Shown here piece by piece: positions 21,168 to 28,526 of a stretch of 32,000 nt of DNA. This DNA comes from Acaryochloris marina S15 (GTDB lineage: Bacteria > Cyanobacteriota > Cyanobacteriia > Thermosynechococcales > Thermosynechococcaceae): assembly GCF_018336915.1 (NCBI RefSeq), contig NZ_CP064923.1:4500001-4532000 (forward strand). Reading direction: 5' to 3'. Each line of letters begins with the position of its first letter. Within the stretch, counting starts at the first letter, position 1. Below the pieces are notes generated by a model that saw only the letters and a program-made list of their open reading frames with translations, searched no databases and had not been told where the DNA came from. A program made the position numbers and the translations under genes.

Positions 21168-21315
21168 ATTTCAGCGGCAGGAAGTTGAATTATCATTCAA
21201 TTTGGGAAAGATTAAGTAATAATACGGTATACATTAGCAGTGCTCGACAACTTAAACTACGGTTACAAGATTTCTGAGCACCGCTAAGCATAAAGACACG
21301 GGCGGCTTCTAGAGT

Positions 21316-21963
21316 ATGCAAGACGTTATCACAGCTGATCAAAATCAACTGCTACTCATTGATGATGATCCAAATCTGATTCTATTAGTGAAGGATTACT
21401 TGGAATTGCGTGGATATGAGGTGACAACGGCCAAGAATGGTCGGGAAGCCCTGCGCGTTCTGGAGAAAAGTATCCCCAATCTAATCATCTGTGATGTGAT
21501 GATGCCAGAGATGGATGGCTATGCGTTTGTCAAACGCGTTCGAGATAATCCTCAGACTAGCTATCTCCCCGTTCTCTTTTTGTCAGCCAAGGGGCAAATT
21601 CAAGATCGGGTCACCGGACTTAACACCGGGGCTGATGTTTATATGATTAAGCCCTTTGAACCGGATGAATTAGTGGCACAAATCGAAGCATCTCTGAAGC
21701 AAGCGTCTCGGATGATGCAGAAACAATCTAACTCCCTAGAAGGAGAGCTATCGGTTCAAGTCCCCTTTGATGTCGATTTGACTCCCACAGAGACTAAAGT
21801 TATTCAGCTCGTTGCCAAAGGCATGTCAAACCGAGAGATTGCAGATGACCTCAGCGTCAGCCAACGTACGGTCGAAAGCCACGTCAGCAACATGCTCGGG
21901 AAGACTGGCTTAAACAACCGCACAGAACTTGCCCGCTGGGCCATTGAACAACGAATGGTCTAG
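21316..21963 (+). CDS. Two-component response regulator, NarL/FixJ (LuxR HTH) family
   Basis: Receiver domain (LLIDDD, ICDVMMPEMDG, MIKPF) plus a LuxR HTH (LTPTETKVIQLVAKGMSNREIADDLSVSQRTVESHVSNMLGK). Confidence 0.9.
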   Translation: MQDVITADQNQLLLIDDDPNLILLVKDYLELRGYEVTTAKNGREALRVLEKSIPNLIICDVMMPEMDGYAFVKRVRDNPQTSYLPVLFLSAKGQIQDRVTGLNTGADVYMIKPFEPDELVAQIEASLKQASRMMQKQSNSLEGELSVQVPFDVDLTPTETKVIQLVAKGMSNREIADDLSVSQRTVESHVSNMLGKTGLNNRTELARWAIEQRMV

Positions 21964-22232
21964 GTACGAGACCGCTCTAGCCAAAACAGCCATAGCATCA
22001 AGGACAACACGCCAACCTGTAGGGCGAAGTTCGGAAGCGTAGTGGTGATATCTTCTCCCGCCAGTAATTGGAAGAAAAATACCACTGCCCCTATAAACGC
22101 AGAGCCAGCAAAAGCAATATAAAAAAACCGTCTCAACCCACGATAGGGAGACTTTAACTCGGCACGCAGTCGCTTTTGCTGCTCCGGGCTTAATGAAGAC
22201 CGGGAAGAGTTAGGCGTTGGGGGTTGGGACAT
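21960..22232 (-). CDS. Small two-TM membrane protein (resembles the cyanobacterial/plastid DUF3493 family, from memory)
   Basis: KSPYRGLRRFFYIAFAGSAFIGAVVFFF plus a second hydrophobic helix. ATG at 22232. Confidence 0.5.
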   Translation of the reverse strand: MSQPPTPNSSRSSLSPEQQKRLRAELKSPYRGLRRFFYIAFAGSAFIGAVVFFFQLLAGEDITTTLPNFALQVGVLSLMLWLFWLERSRT

Positions 22233-22315
22233 GAATTGCAATCAGTCATTGTCGTAAAGATTTTCTCGAAAACGCACTTACGGCTCCCCAAGGTAGACCG
22301 CATTCTCTAGACTAA

Positions 22316-23686
22316 TTAGGCCACTTCTTGGGGTTGGGGAGTCGTCGGTGGGGACAAAGCTGCATCGGGTGTAGAGCTCTCAATCATTTCCACCAATTCT
22401 CGCTCAAAGGTCAACAAAGCTCGGTTCGTGCGTCCACCCACATAAAGTTGATCCTCAACTGTTAGCAGCCAGATTTGCGAATGAGACACATAACTCATGA
22501 TCACACCAATCATCAGTAATCCGAATCCGGAATAGATCCAGGGGATGCCAGGGTCAGACTTAATTTGTAACCCTGTACTACCCACCAGTTCAACTAACTT
22601 TAGGCTAATGTCATTCACATCTGTAGACATGCCCGTTCTTACGGTTGAAACAAGCTTGCCGGACTCATCGTAGACCACGACCGTGCCCTGCAAATCCGTT
22701 GTAAGTAGGGTTACCCCTGCACTGAGATCCGGTTTTGTAGGCACCCACGTCCCCCATATTCTGCCACCGGCGGCCTCTAGGGGTGCCATGGGTAGCTGCA
22801 AAACAGGGCTGTTGTTGAGCTGCACCCGCACTCCAGCAATGGACCAATCTGCTTGATATAGAGTCACTCCCTTATGCTTAAAGGGCTGATTCACGTGAAT
22901 CGTTTGTCGATCCAATTCGTTCTTATCTTCATCAACAATCGATAAGTCTGAGTAAAATTGGTCGATTTGGCCTTCGGGCGTGTAGTCAATCCAGAAACGA
23001 TTCACCTGTACGGCCCAATCGTCAGGAATTTGAGCCCCAGACCATGGGCCCGATTTCACAATATTGCTGACCTTGGCCGTGGTGCCACTGGGAATCATTT
23101 CTTGCGCCATAAATCCTGTCAGTGAGCCCCAAATGGACCCCAACAAAATCAAGATCATGCTGGCATGGACGATGATCGGACCAATGCGCCCAGGCATGCC
23201 TTTACGAGCATAAATGCTCTGATCTTCTTCAAAAATTTTGTAGCGATTCTTTGCCAACGCCTCAAGTAAAAAAGGCTTTTGGCCGGGATCGAGCGTTGTA
23301 CTCAAGGCCAGTTTGTCAAACTGACGGGGTTTCTTATAGAATTTCCAGCTGCGGGCCGCCTTAAGGGCGGGAAGCTGACGCATAAACGTACAGGCCGTCA
23401 AGCTAGTGCCAAACAGGATTAGCAACGATAAAAACCACCAGGTCGCATACACATGATCTAAGCCGACCGTCACCAATACTTTCCAAGTTAAGAACCCAAA
23501 CAATGCTGGCTCTTCAGGATAGTTAGCCTGATAAAACTCCAGGGATTGGCCTTGCTCAATGACAGTACCGGAAATGCTGAAGAGTGCGATCGCAAGGAGC
23601 AATACAATTGCCAACCGCAAATCCGCTAGGACAGGTACTAAGTTTTTTTTGATAAAGGCTTGAGGTTGGCCAAGATTAGAGGTCAT
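22316..23686 (-). CDS. ccs1: Cytochrome c biogenesis protein Ccs1/ResB (system II)
   Basis: N-terminal [26 protein letters not shown], a large soluble domain and a C-terminal TM helix. Immediately downstream of ccdA. Confidence 0.9.
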   Translation of the reverse strand: MTSNLGQPQAFIKKNLVPVLADLRLAIVLLLAIALFSISGTVIEQGQSLEFYQANYPEEPALFGFLTWKVLVTVGLDHVYATWWFLSLLILFGTSLTACTFMRQLPALKAARSWKFYKKPRQFDKLALSTTLDPGQKPFLLEALAKNRYKIFEEDQSIYARKGMPGRIGPIIVHASMILILLGSIWGSLTGFMAQEMIPSGTTAKVSNIVKSGPWSGAQIPDDWAVQVNRFWIDYTPEGQIDQFYSDLSIVDEDKNELDRQTIHVNQPFKHKGVTLYQADWSIAGVRVQLNNSPVLQLPMAPLEAAGGRIWGTWVPTKPDLSAGVTLLTTDLQGTVVVYDESGKLVSTVRTGMSTDVNDISLKLVELVGSTGLQIKSDPGIPWIYSGFGLLMIGVIMSYVSHSQIWLLTVEDQLYVGGRTNRALLTFERELVEMIESSTPDAALSPPTTPQPQEVA

Positions 23687-23722
23687 GGAATAGGATCAAA
23701 AAGATGGGACTCGACAACAAAA

Positions 23723-24460
23723 TTAAGCGCTGGGCAATACATGGTTCAGCAAGGAAAAGACACCGAAAGCGATAAGAATAACGCCACTAGTGGGAGTAAT
23801 CCAAGCAGACCATTGGCGAATAGCGAGAAATCGCTTGATCGCAGCCGTAAACGTACCTGCAATGACCAGCGGAGCGGTATAGCCTGCCGTGTACGACAAT
23901 AACAAACCTCCCCCCAGTATAGGATCCTGGGTACTTGAGATCCAAGCCAGTAACGTCGCTAATACTGGGGTACTGCAGGGAGAAGCGACCAGACCAAAGG
24001 TAAGTCCCAAAAGGAAAGAGCGTACTCCTCTGGGTAGCTGATCAGAAATCAGTTCTACCCCCGAGAAGCTCGGTAATCGCAGCGGTAGGGCTTCCAGTAA
24101 ATTGAGCCCCATAATGATTGCAACCAGGCTGACAACAATTGCCAGTCCAACACCAATTTGCCCATAAACCCGACCCAATAGGGCTGCGCCAATTCCCAAG
24201 CCTGCCAGAGTTGAAGCTAACCCTAAGCAGAACCAAATGGATTGAGCCATGGATTGCCAGCGGTTCTCTGTTTCATAGCCACCGATATACCCCACCGTAA
24301 TGGGCAGCATCGATAACGTACAGGGGGTGAGACTAGTTAATAGGCCTGCCAAAAAGATGATGCCAACACTCAGAGCAGAAAGGTGAGAGAGTTGGGTCGA
24401 AACAATCGTATTAGCGAATTGTTCAAGGTGATAAAGCTGAATTTCCAGCGTTTCCAGCAT
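23723..24460 (-). CDS. ccdA: Cytochrome c-type biogenesis thiol-disulfide transporter CcdA
   Basis: DsbD-beta/CcdA fold with the two conserved membrane cysteines (LLTSLTPCTLSMLP and GLVASPCSTPVL). ATG at 24460; the ORF-track TTG is at 24478. Confidence 0.9.
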   Translation of the reverse strand: MLETLEIQLYHLEQFANTIVSTQLSHLSALSVGIIFLAGLLTSLTPCTLSMLPITVGYIGGYETENRWQSMAQSIWFCLGLASTLAGLGIGAALLGRVYGQIGVGLAIVVSLVAIIMGLNLLEALPLRLPSFSGVELISDQLPRGVRSFLLGLTFGLVASPCSTPVLATLLAWISSTQDPILGGGLLLSYTAGYTAPLVIAGTFTAAIKRFLAIRQWSAWITPTSGVILIAFGVFSLLNHVLPSA

Positions 24461-24510
24461 AAGGAGAAGCTGCTTCAACGCAACTAACTATCAGGTGTTC
24501 GCTCTTGATC

Positions 24511-25962
24511 TTAACGAAGTCTGTGTTTTCGGCGTTGTTTTAGTCGTTGTTTTTTGGTAGACAGTACTGCTTTAGGATCTTTTTTTCTAGCAGATGCAAG
24601 GGCTACACCCTTTGATGAACGAAGTTTAGCAAGCATTCTGCGCCATAAAGAGGGCTGTTTCCGTTTGCGTACTAACTTAAGCGGTCCTTTTTCCCCAGGA
24701 TGAAGAGGAGTTTGAGGACCTGGTAATGCATTTGCAGAGGCACGGTGTCTAGCCGTTGCCACAGAAGAATGATCGCCAACTAGTCGAATCAAAGAGGGGG
24801 ACTCACCTTCGTGATGAGGAATAGCTACCACATCGGCACTTTGGCTCTCCCGAGCAGCCCGAATCAATAAACCTGCGATCAATAAGCTAGAAATCATAGA
24901 ATTTCCCCCATAACTAAACATGGGGAGAGGAAGACCAGTGGTTGGCAGTACGCCAATAACAACCCCGATATTAATTAAGGCCTGACCAACTAGAAAAATC
25001 ATGGCCCCAATGGCAACTAAACGCTGAATGACATGGGTAGATTTCATGGCCACCCGTAGAGCCAAAAAGCTATAAGTCCCCAACAACAATAAAAAGCAGA
25101 ATCCGCCTAGTAGGCCAAATTCTTCTGCAAAGACCGCAAAGATAAAATCCGTATGCTGGATGGGTAAATAAGAAAGCTTCAGTTGTGATTCACCAAAGCC
25201 AACACCCAGAATGCCCCCTGAACCAACGGCTAACAAGCTCTGATGGAGCTGAAAACCATCGCCAAGAGCATCGGCCCAAGGGTTCAAGAAGGACAGAATC
25301 CGACTCAGCTGATATGGGTTCCGAAAAATACTGATCGCCGCTAAACCTATCCCTGCCAAAGCCGTTAACAAAAGGGACTGGTATCGTAATCCCGCTGCCA
25401 AGGCAATCAACCAAAGGGTCATACCACATAGGGCCGTAGTGCTGAGATTGGGTTGTATCAATATTCCTAAAAGGGTCAGGGCAAACAGAGACAACCACCA
25501 TAGTCGCTCACCCAGGGTTAGCCGAGACCAGCGATTAAAAATATAAGCACTCTGAAGGATCAAGAATGGTTTGATTAATTCGGAAGGCTGGAGTGGAAAG
25601 GGACCAATATCAATCCACCGGGTCGCACCATTAATGGTTATCCCTAGACCTGGAATTTTTGTGGCAAAAATCAATATCAGAAACAGAAAGAATCCAAATG
25701 CAGAGACTTTCATGAGTTTTTGTAAGGGAATGTGAATAACCGCACAAAATCCCAACAGTCCCAAAATCACCCCTAAAAGTTGGCGCTTGGAATAGTAGAG
25801 GCCATCTCCAGATTCAATCGCCCCCGCATGATAGGAAGCCGAGAATAGGACGACAAGACCAATTCCTAACCAAAAGAGGGTTAGCCAATGAAGAAATCGG
25901 GCTTCGGCAGCCCATTCTTCTGTTGAGTATGGGAGGGAGGGAATGAGGCGACGTATCTTCAC
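24511..25962 (-). CDS. ftsW: SEDS-family peptidoglycan polymerase FtsW/RodA-like with a long basic C-terminal tail
   Basis: Ten-TM SEDS pattern (QPSELIKPFLIL, HTDFIFAVFAEEFGLLG, LPLPMFSYGGNSM). GTG start. It has a ~109-aa K/R-rich extension. Confidence 0.85.
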   Translation of the reverse strand: MKIRRLIPSLPYSTEEWAAEARFLHWLTLFWLGIGLVVLFSASYHAGAIESGDGLYYSKRQLLGVILGLLGFCAVIHIPLQKLMKVSAFGFFLFLILIFATKIPGLGITINGATRWIDIGPFPLQPSELIKPFLILQSAYIFNRWSRLTLGERLWWLSLFALTLLGILIQPNLSTTALCGMTLWLIALAAGLRYQSLLLTALAGIGLAAISIFRNPYQLSRILSFLNPWADALGDGFQLHQSLLAVGSGGILGVGFGESQLKLSYLPIQHTDFIFAVFAEEFGLLGGFCFLLLLGTYSFLALRVAMKSTHVIQRLVAIGAMIFLVGQALINIGVVIGVLPTTGLPLPMFSYGGNSMISSLLIAGLLIRAARESQSADVVAIPHHEGESPSLIRLVGDHSSVATARHRASANALPGPQTPLHPGEKGPLKLVRKRKQPSLWRRMLAKLRSSKGVALASARKKDPKAVLSTKKQRLKQRRKHRLR

Positions 25963-26485
25963 AACCAGTAATTCCCAGCGATAAGTCGAGGCCAGTATAG
26001 CAGACCTATCCAGGAATTGAAGGGGATTGATGATTAGCCCATCACATCAACGAATAGTCATCAATTCCAAAATTGTGGAATATCTATTGATCCTGATATC
26101 AGGATCAGCTAAAGATCTGACTTTTGAATAGGCTGAAACCTATTATTTGTCCATAAGAACATCTCGAAGAAAAGCCATGCTTGAACTGGGTAGATTTACC
26201 AGGGTTTTCAGCATCCCACTATTTCCTCCATAAGCTTCCAGACTCGACTGGACAATACTCATGCTCAAGTTTCATTGCTCCATTTCATCGGAGGATTACA
26301 ACTATCAAGTAATAAGCCCTTTCATTTAAATTAGGTGCAATATCTCCAACTCTGGTCGATCTGGGAGTCCGGACGTCTCAGGATACAAGGCTATGGGGTG
26401 CTATATGACTTTAGGGAATCAACCTTTAGCCAACGGGAAACCAGTTCAGCTCTATCACGCGTAGCAGTCACCGACCAGTCCTAAC

Positions 26486-26977
26486 TTACTGTTCGGGTAA
26501 AGCTTCCGTTTGAGAATGATCTAAGGGAATAGAGAGAACATCAACCTCCTGATTTAGCACCATTGTTGTACTAGAATTACTGACAAATCCGATGTGCTCA
26601 TAAAAACTCTGTTGATGAGTCGTGGTTAAGTAAATGCGTTCAACACGGTTCATCTGTGGATGCGCCAGCAGGGTCTGCACAAGCTGTCGCCCCAACCCTT
26701 GGCCACGATAGTCAGGGTGAATAACCACGTCCCACACCATTGCGCGATAAATACCATCTGATGTGGCTCGCGCAAACCCAATCAATTCTTCACGATCCCA
26801 GACACTAATAATGGGGTAACTATTTGCGATCGCAACCGCCCAATCCTCCAAGCAACGCTCTCCTGCCCAAAAGGCCCCCACCTGAAATAATCGCTGTAGC
26901 TTTCGCAATACGGAGACGTCAACCTTCTGGTCTGCCTCAGTTAATCCATCTCGGAACTGAATATGTCGATTATCCAT
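26486..26977 (-). CDS. GNAT family N-acetyltransferase (paralogue of 3092..3643)
   Basis: FARATSDGIYRAMVWDVVIHPDYRGQGLGRQLV aligns with [33 protein letters not shown] of the first GNAT. Confidence 0.8.
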   Translation of the reverse strand: MDNRHIQFRDGLTEADQKVDVSVLRKLQRLFQVGAFWAGERCLEDWAVAIANSYPIISVWDREELIGFARATSDGIYRAMVWDVVIHPDYRGQGLGRQLVQTLLAHPQMNRVERIYLTTTHQQSFYEHIGFVSNSSTTMVLNQEVDVLSIPLDHSQTEALPEQ

Positions 26978-27233
26978 AGCGATGATTATGTCTTAGAAAT
27001 CTGAGAACCACAATGACGGTCATTTCCCTTGTCTAGACTGAAGAGTTAACCTACATCGGCGAGTGATAAGTAAATACGCTACAGTGTATAAGAAATATTT
27101 AACAAAAGTACACTGTTTTTTGTACTTCTTGATACAATAACCTCATGTCGTAACGCTTCATTGCAAGAGTCAAAGGATGTTAAGGCAGAGTGGTAGGTTC
27201 ATTTTATGTCCTTTGAGTGATTGTTTGTTTGGT

Positions 27234-27452
27234 ATGGAGACCCCTGTGCAACTCAATTCACAGCCCCTTTCAAAAAACTCGAATCGAAGAGAAGACTTAA
27301 GTGAATATGTAGCTCATCTACAGCTCCATATGACCTTGCAAGCTCGGAACTTAGTTCCTACCTTGACTCGTCCTGAAGATAGCCGCGAGGAAATGCTTCA
27401 AGAAACTCAGGCTACCTTCGAGAAACATGTCTCTCGCCAAAGTGTTCAATAA
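27234..27452 (+). CDS. Hypothetical small protein (72 aa)
   Basis: An ORF only, followed 55 nt later by a strong terminator. No recognisable motif and no clear SD. An alternative start at 27177 gives 91 aa. Confidence 0.3.
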   Translation: METPVQLNSQPLSKNSNRREDLSEYVAHLQLHMTLQARNLVPTLTRPEDSREEMLQETQATFEKHVSRQSVQ

Positions 27453-27507
27453 CATAATTGGCAGCTTAACGTTATAAACAACAAAATTTAATATATTTCA
27501 ACTAACT

Positions 27508-27537
27508 AAAAGGAGTGTTAAGAAACACTCCTTTTTT
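27508..27537. terminator. Strong bidirectional intrinsic terminator
   Basis: aaaAGGAGTGTTaagaAACACTCCTttttt: 9-bp GC-containing stem, 4-nt loop, A-tract upstream and T6 downstream. Confidence 0.8.
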
Positions 27538-27552
27538 GTTGAGCCGACATTA

Positions 27553-27560
27553 ATAAGAAA
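27553..27560. repeat. Left copy of the 8-bp target-site duplication ATAAGAAA
   Basis: Identical octamer abuts both IS ends (27553-27560 and 28464-28471). Confidence 0.85.
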
Positions 27561-27583
27561 GGTCGTGCCTCAAGTAATTGTGG
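27561..27583. repeat. IS left inverted repeat
   Basis: GGTCGTGCCTCAAGTAATTGTGG compared with the reverse complement of 28441-28463, GGTCGTGCATCAAACAATTGTGG (20/23 identical). Confidence 0.85.
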
Positions 27584-27624
27584 GTTGAGTATACTAGAGG
27601 CTCAGCTCAGCTTCTAACCTACCC

Positions 27625-28002
27625 ATGCAATGCCCACTATGCGGTCATTCCAAAGCACACAAGCATGGCAAGATGCCCAACATGCTTCAACGATACCGTT
27701 GTCCTGAGTGCCAGCAGACCTTTACTGAACGCTTTGATACCCTTTACTATCGTCGTCAGGTGAGTCCAGAGCAGGTCCGACAAGTTCTCCAAGCCCATGC
27801 AGAAGGGAGTAGTCTTCGAGGTATCACTCGGACCAGTGGCCTGGCTTACAACACTGTAGTCTCTCTAGTAAGAGCTGCTAGCCAACGATCTCAGCAACTC
27901 CATAATGGCCAAGTGCAAGCCGTTGAAACGGAGGATGTCAGTGCAGATGAAATGTGGTCCTTTGTGAAAAAAAGCAAAAACACTGTCTTCCCCATGAGCT
28001 AG
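27625..28002 (+). CDS. insA: IS1-family InsA-like protein (zinc finger + HTH)
   Basis: CPLCGHSKAHKHGKMPNMLQRYRCPECQQTF (CxxC...CxxC) followed by an HTH-like SSLRGITRTSGLAYNTVVSLVR. Confidence 0.85.
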   Translation: MQCPLCGHSKAHKHGKMPNMLQRYRCPECQQTFTERFDTLYYRRQVSPEQVRQVLQAHAEGSSLRGITRTSGLAYNTVVSLVRAASQRSQQLHNGQVQAVETEDVSADEMWSFVKKSKNTVFPMS

Positions 28003-28454
28003 AGATGGGTGATTGTTGGATGGCGATTACCTTGGCAAACACAAGCGGCGTGATCCTCTCGTGTCGTGTGGGCAAGCACACCGATTCATTATTGAATGAA
28101 CTGGTGACTAGCACTGAAGGTAAGACCGATTGCAAGGACTGGAATAGCGACGATTGGGGGGGGTACGAAAGAGTGTTGCCTTGGGAGATTGACCATTACA
28201 TTGGCAAGGACAGAACTCAACGACTCGAACGCACCAATGGCATTATTCGGCAGCACAGTGGTCGATGGCATCGACGCCAGAACAAATTTGGCAAAGTGTG
28301 GGCGCAAACCAAAGTCACTGCTCGATTAGTGGTCAGCTATTTCAATTGGATTTGGACACACAGTCGGCTTAAAACAACGGCGGCACAACGTGCTGATCTA
28401 GCCTCGCGAACTTGGCATTGGGATGACATACTCACCTACCCCACAATTGTTTGA
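27954..28454 (+). CDS. insB: IS1-family transposase catalytic part (InsB'), expressed as InsAB' by -1 frameshift
   Basis: It lies in the -1 frame relative to insA. The A7 run at 27967-27973 falls within the 49-nt overlap. Reading through gives ...DEMWSFVKKKQKHCLPHE... The ORF lacks its own ATG/SD. Confidence 0.85.
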   Translation: MVLCEKKQKHCLPHELEMGDCWMAITLANTSGVILSCRVGKHTDSLLNELVTSTEGKTDCKDWNSDDWGGYERVLPWEIDHYIGKDRTQRLERTNGIIRQHSGRWHRRQNKFGKVWAQTKVTARLVVSYFNWIWTHSRLKTTAAQRADLASRTWHWDDILTYPTIV

Positions 28455-28463
28455 TGCACGACC
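28441..28463. repeat. IS right inverted repeat
   Basis: CCACAATTGTTTGATGCACGACC is the reverse complement partner of 27561-27583. Confidence 0.85.
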
Positions 28464-28471
28464 ATAAGAAA
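28464..28471. repeat. Right copy of the 8-bp target-site duplication ATAAGAAA
   Basis: Identical to 27553-27560. It doubles as the U-tract of the porin terminator on the minus strand. Confidence 0.85.
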
Positions 28472-28491
28472 CCGCCCTCCGAAGAGAGCGG
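28464..28491 (-). terminator. Intrinsic terminator of the porin gene
   Basis: Minus strand reads CCGCUCUC-UUCG-GAGGGCGG (8-bp stem including one G.U pair, UUCG tetraloop) followed by UUUCUUAU. It lies 36 nt after the porin stop. Confidence 0.65.
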
Positions 28492-28526
28492 CAATGCAAG
28501 TGAGGGAAAATTAAAGCGTAAATGCC

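Larger units (their letters stand above)
27561..28463 (+). mobile_element. IS1-family insertion sequence, 903 bp, apparently intact
   Basis: Terminal inverted repeats match 20/23, there is an 8-bp direct duplication, and two overlapping ORFs (Zn-finger/HTH InsA-like and DDE InsB-like) are linked by an A7 slippery run. Confidence 0.9.

Noticed and set aside
21185-21200. TTGAATtatcATTCAA palindrome as a second Fur box
   Set aside because: Only partial similarity to the Fur consensus (about 7/9 over the best core). It sits upstream of a response regulator with no iron link. Kept only as a note in the Hpt-obg-RR finding.
26030-26262. Short ORFs in the ftsW upstream gap (34 aa on + from 26030; 39 aa on - from 26262)
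   Set aside because: The SD context is absent or only weak, there are no recognisable motifs, and there is no way to test conservation here. Not reported as genes.
26486-27452. GNAT gene plus neighbouring small ORF as a GNAT-toxin/RHH-antitoxin (TacT/AtaT-like) pair
   Set aside because: The genes are divergent and ~200-250 bp apart, not a co-transcribed antitoxin-toxin operon. The GNAT is a clear paralogue of the housekeeping-type GNAT at 3092. The small ORF shows no RHH/DUF1778-like pattern.
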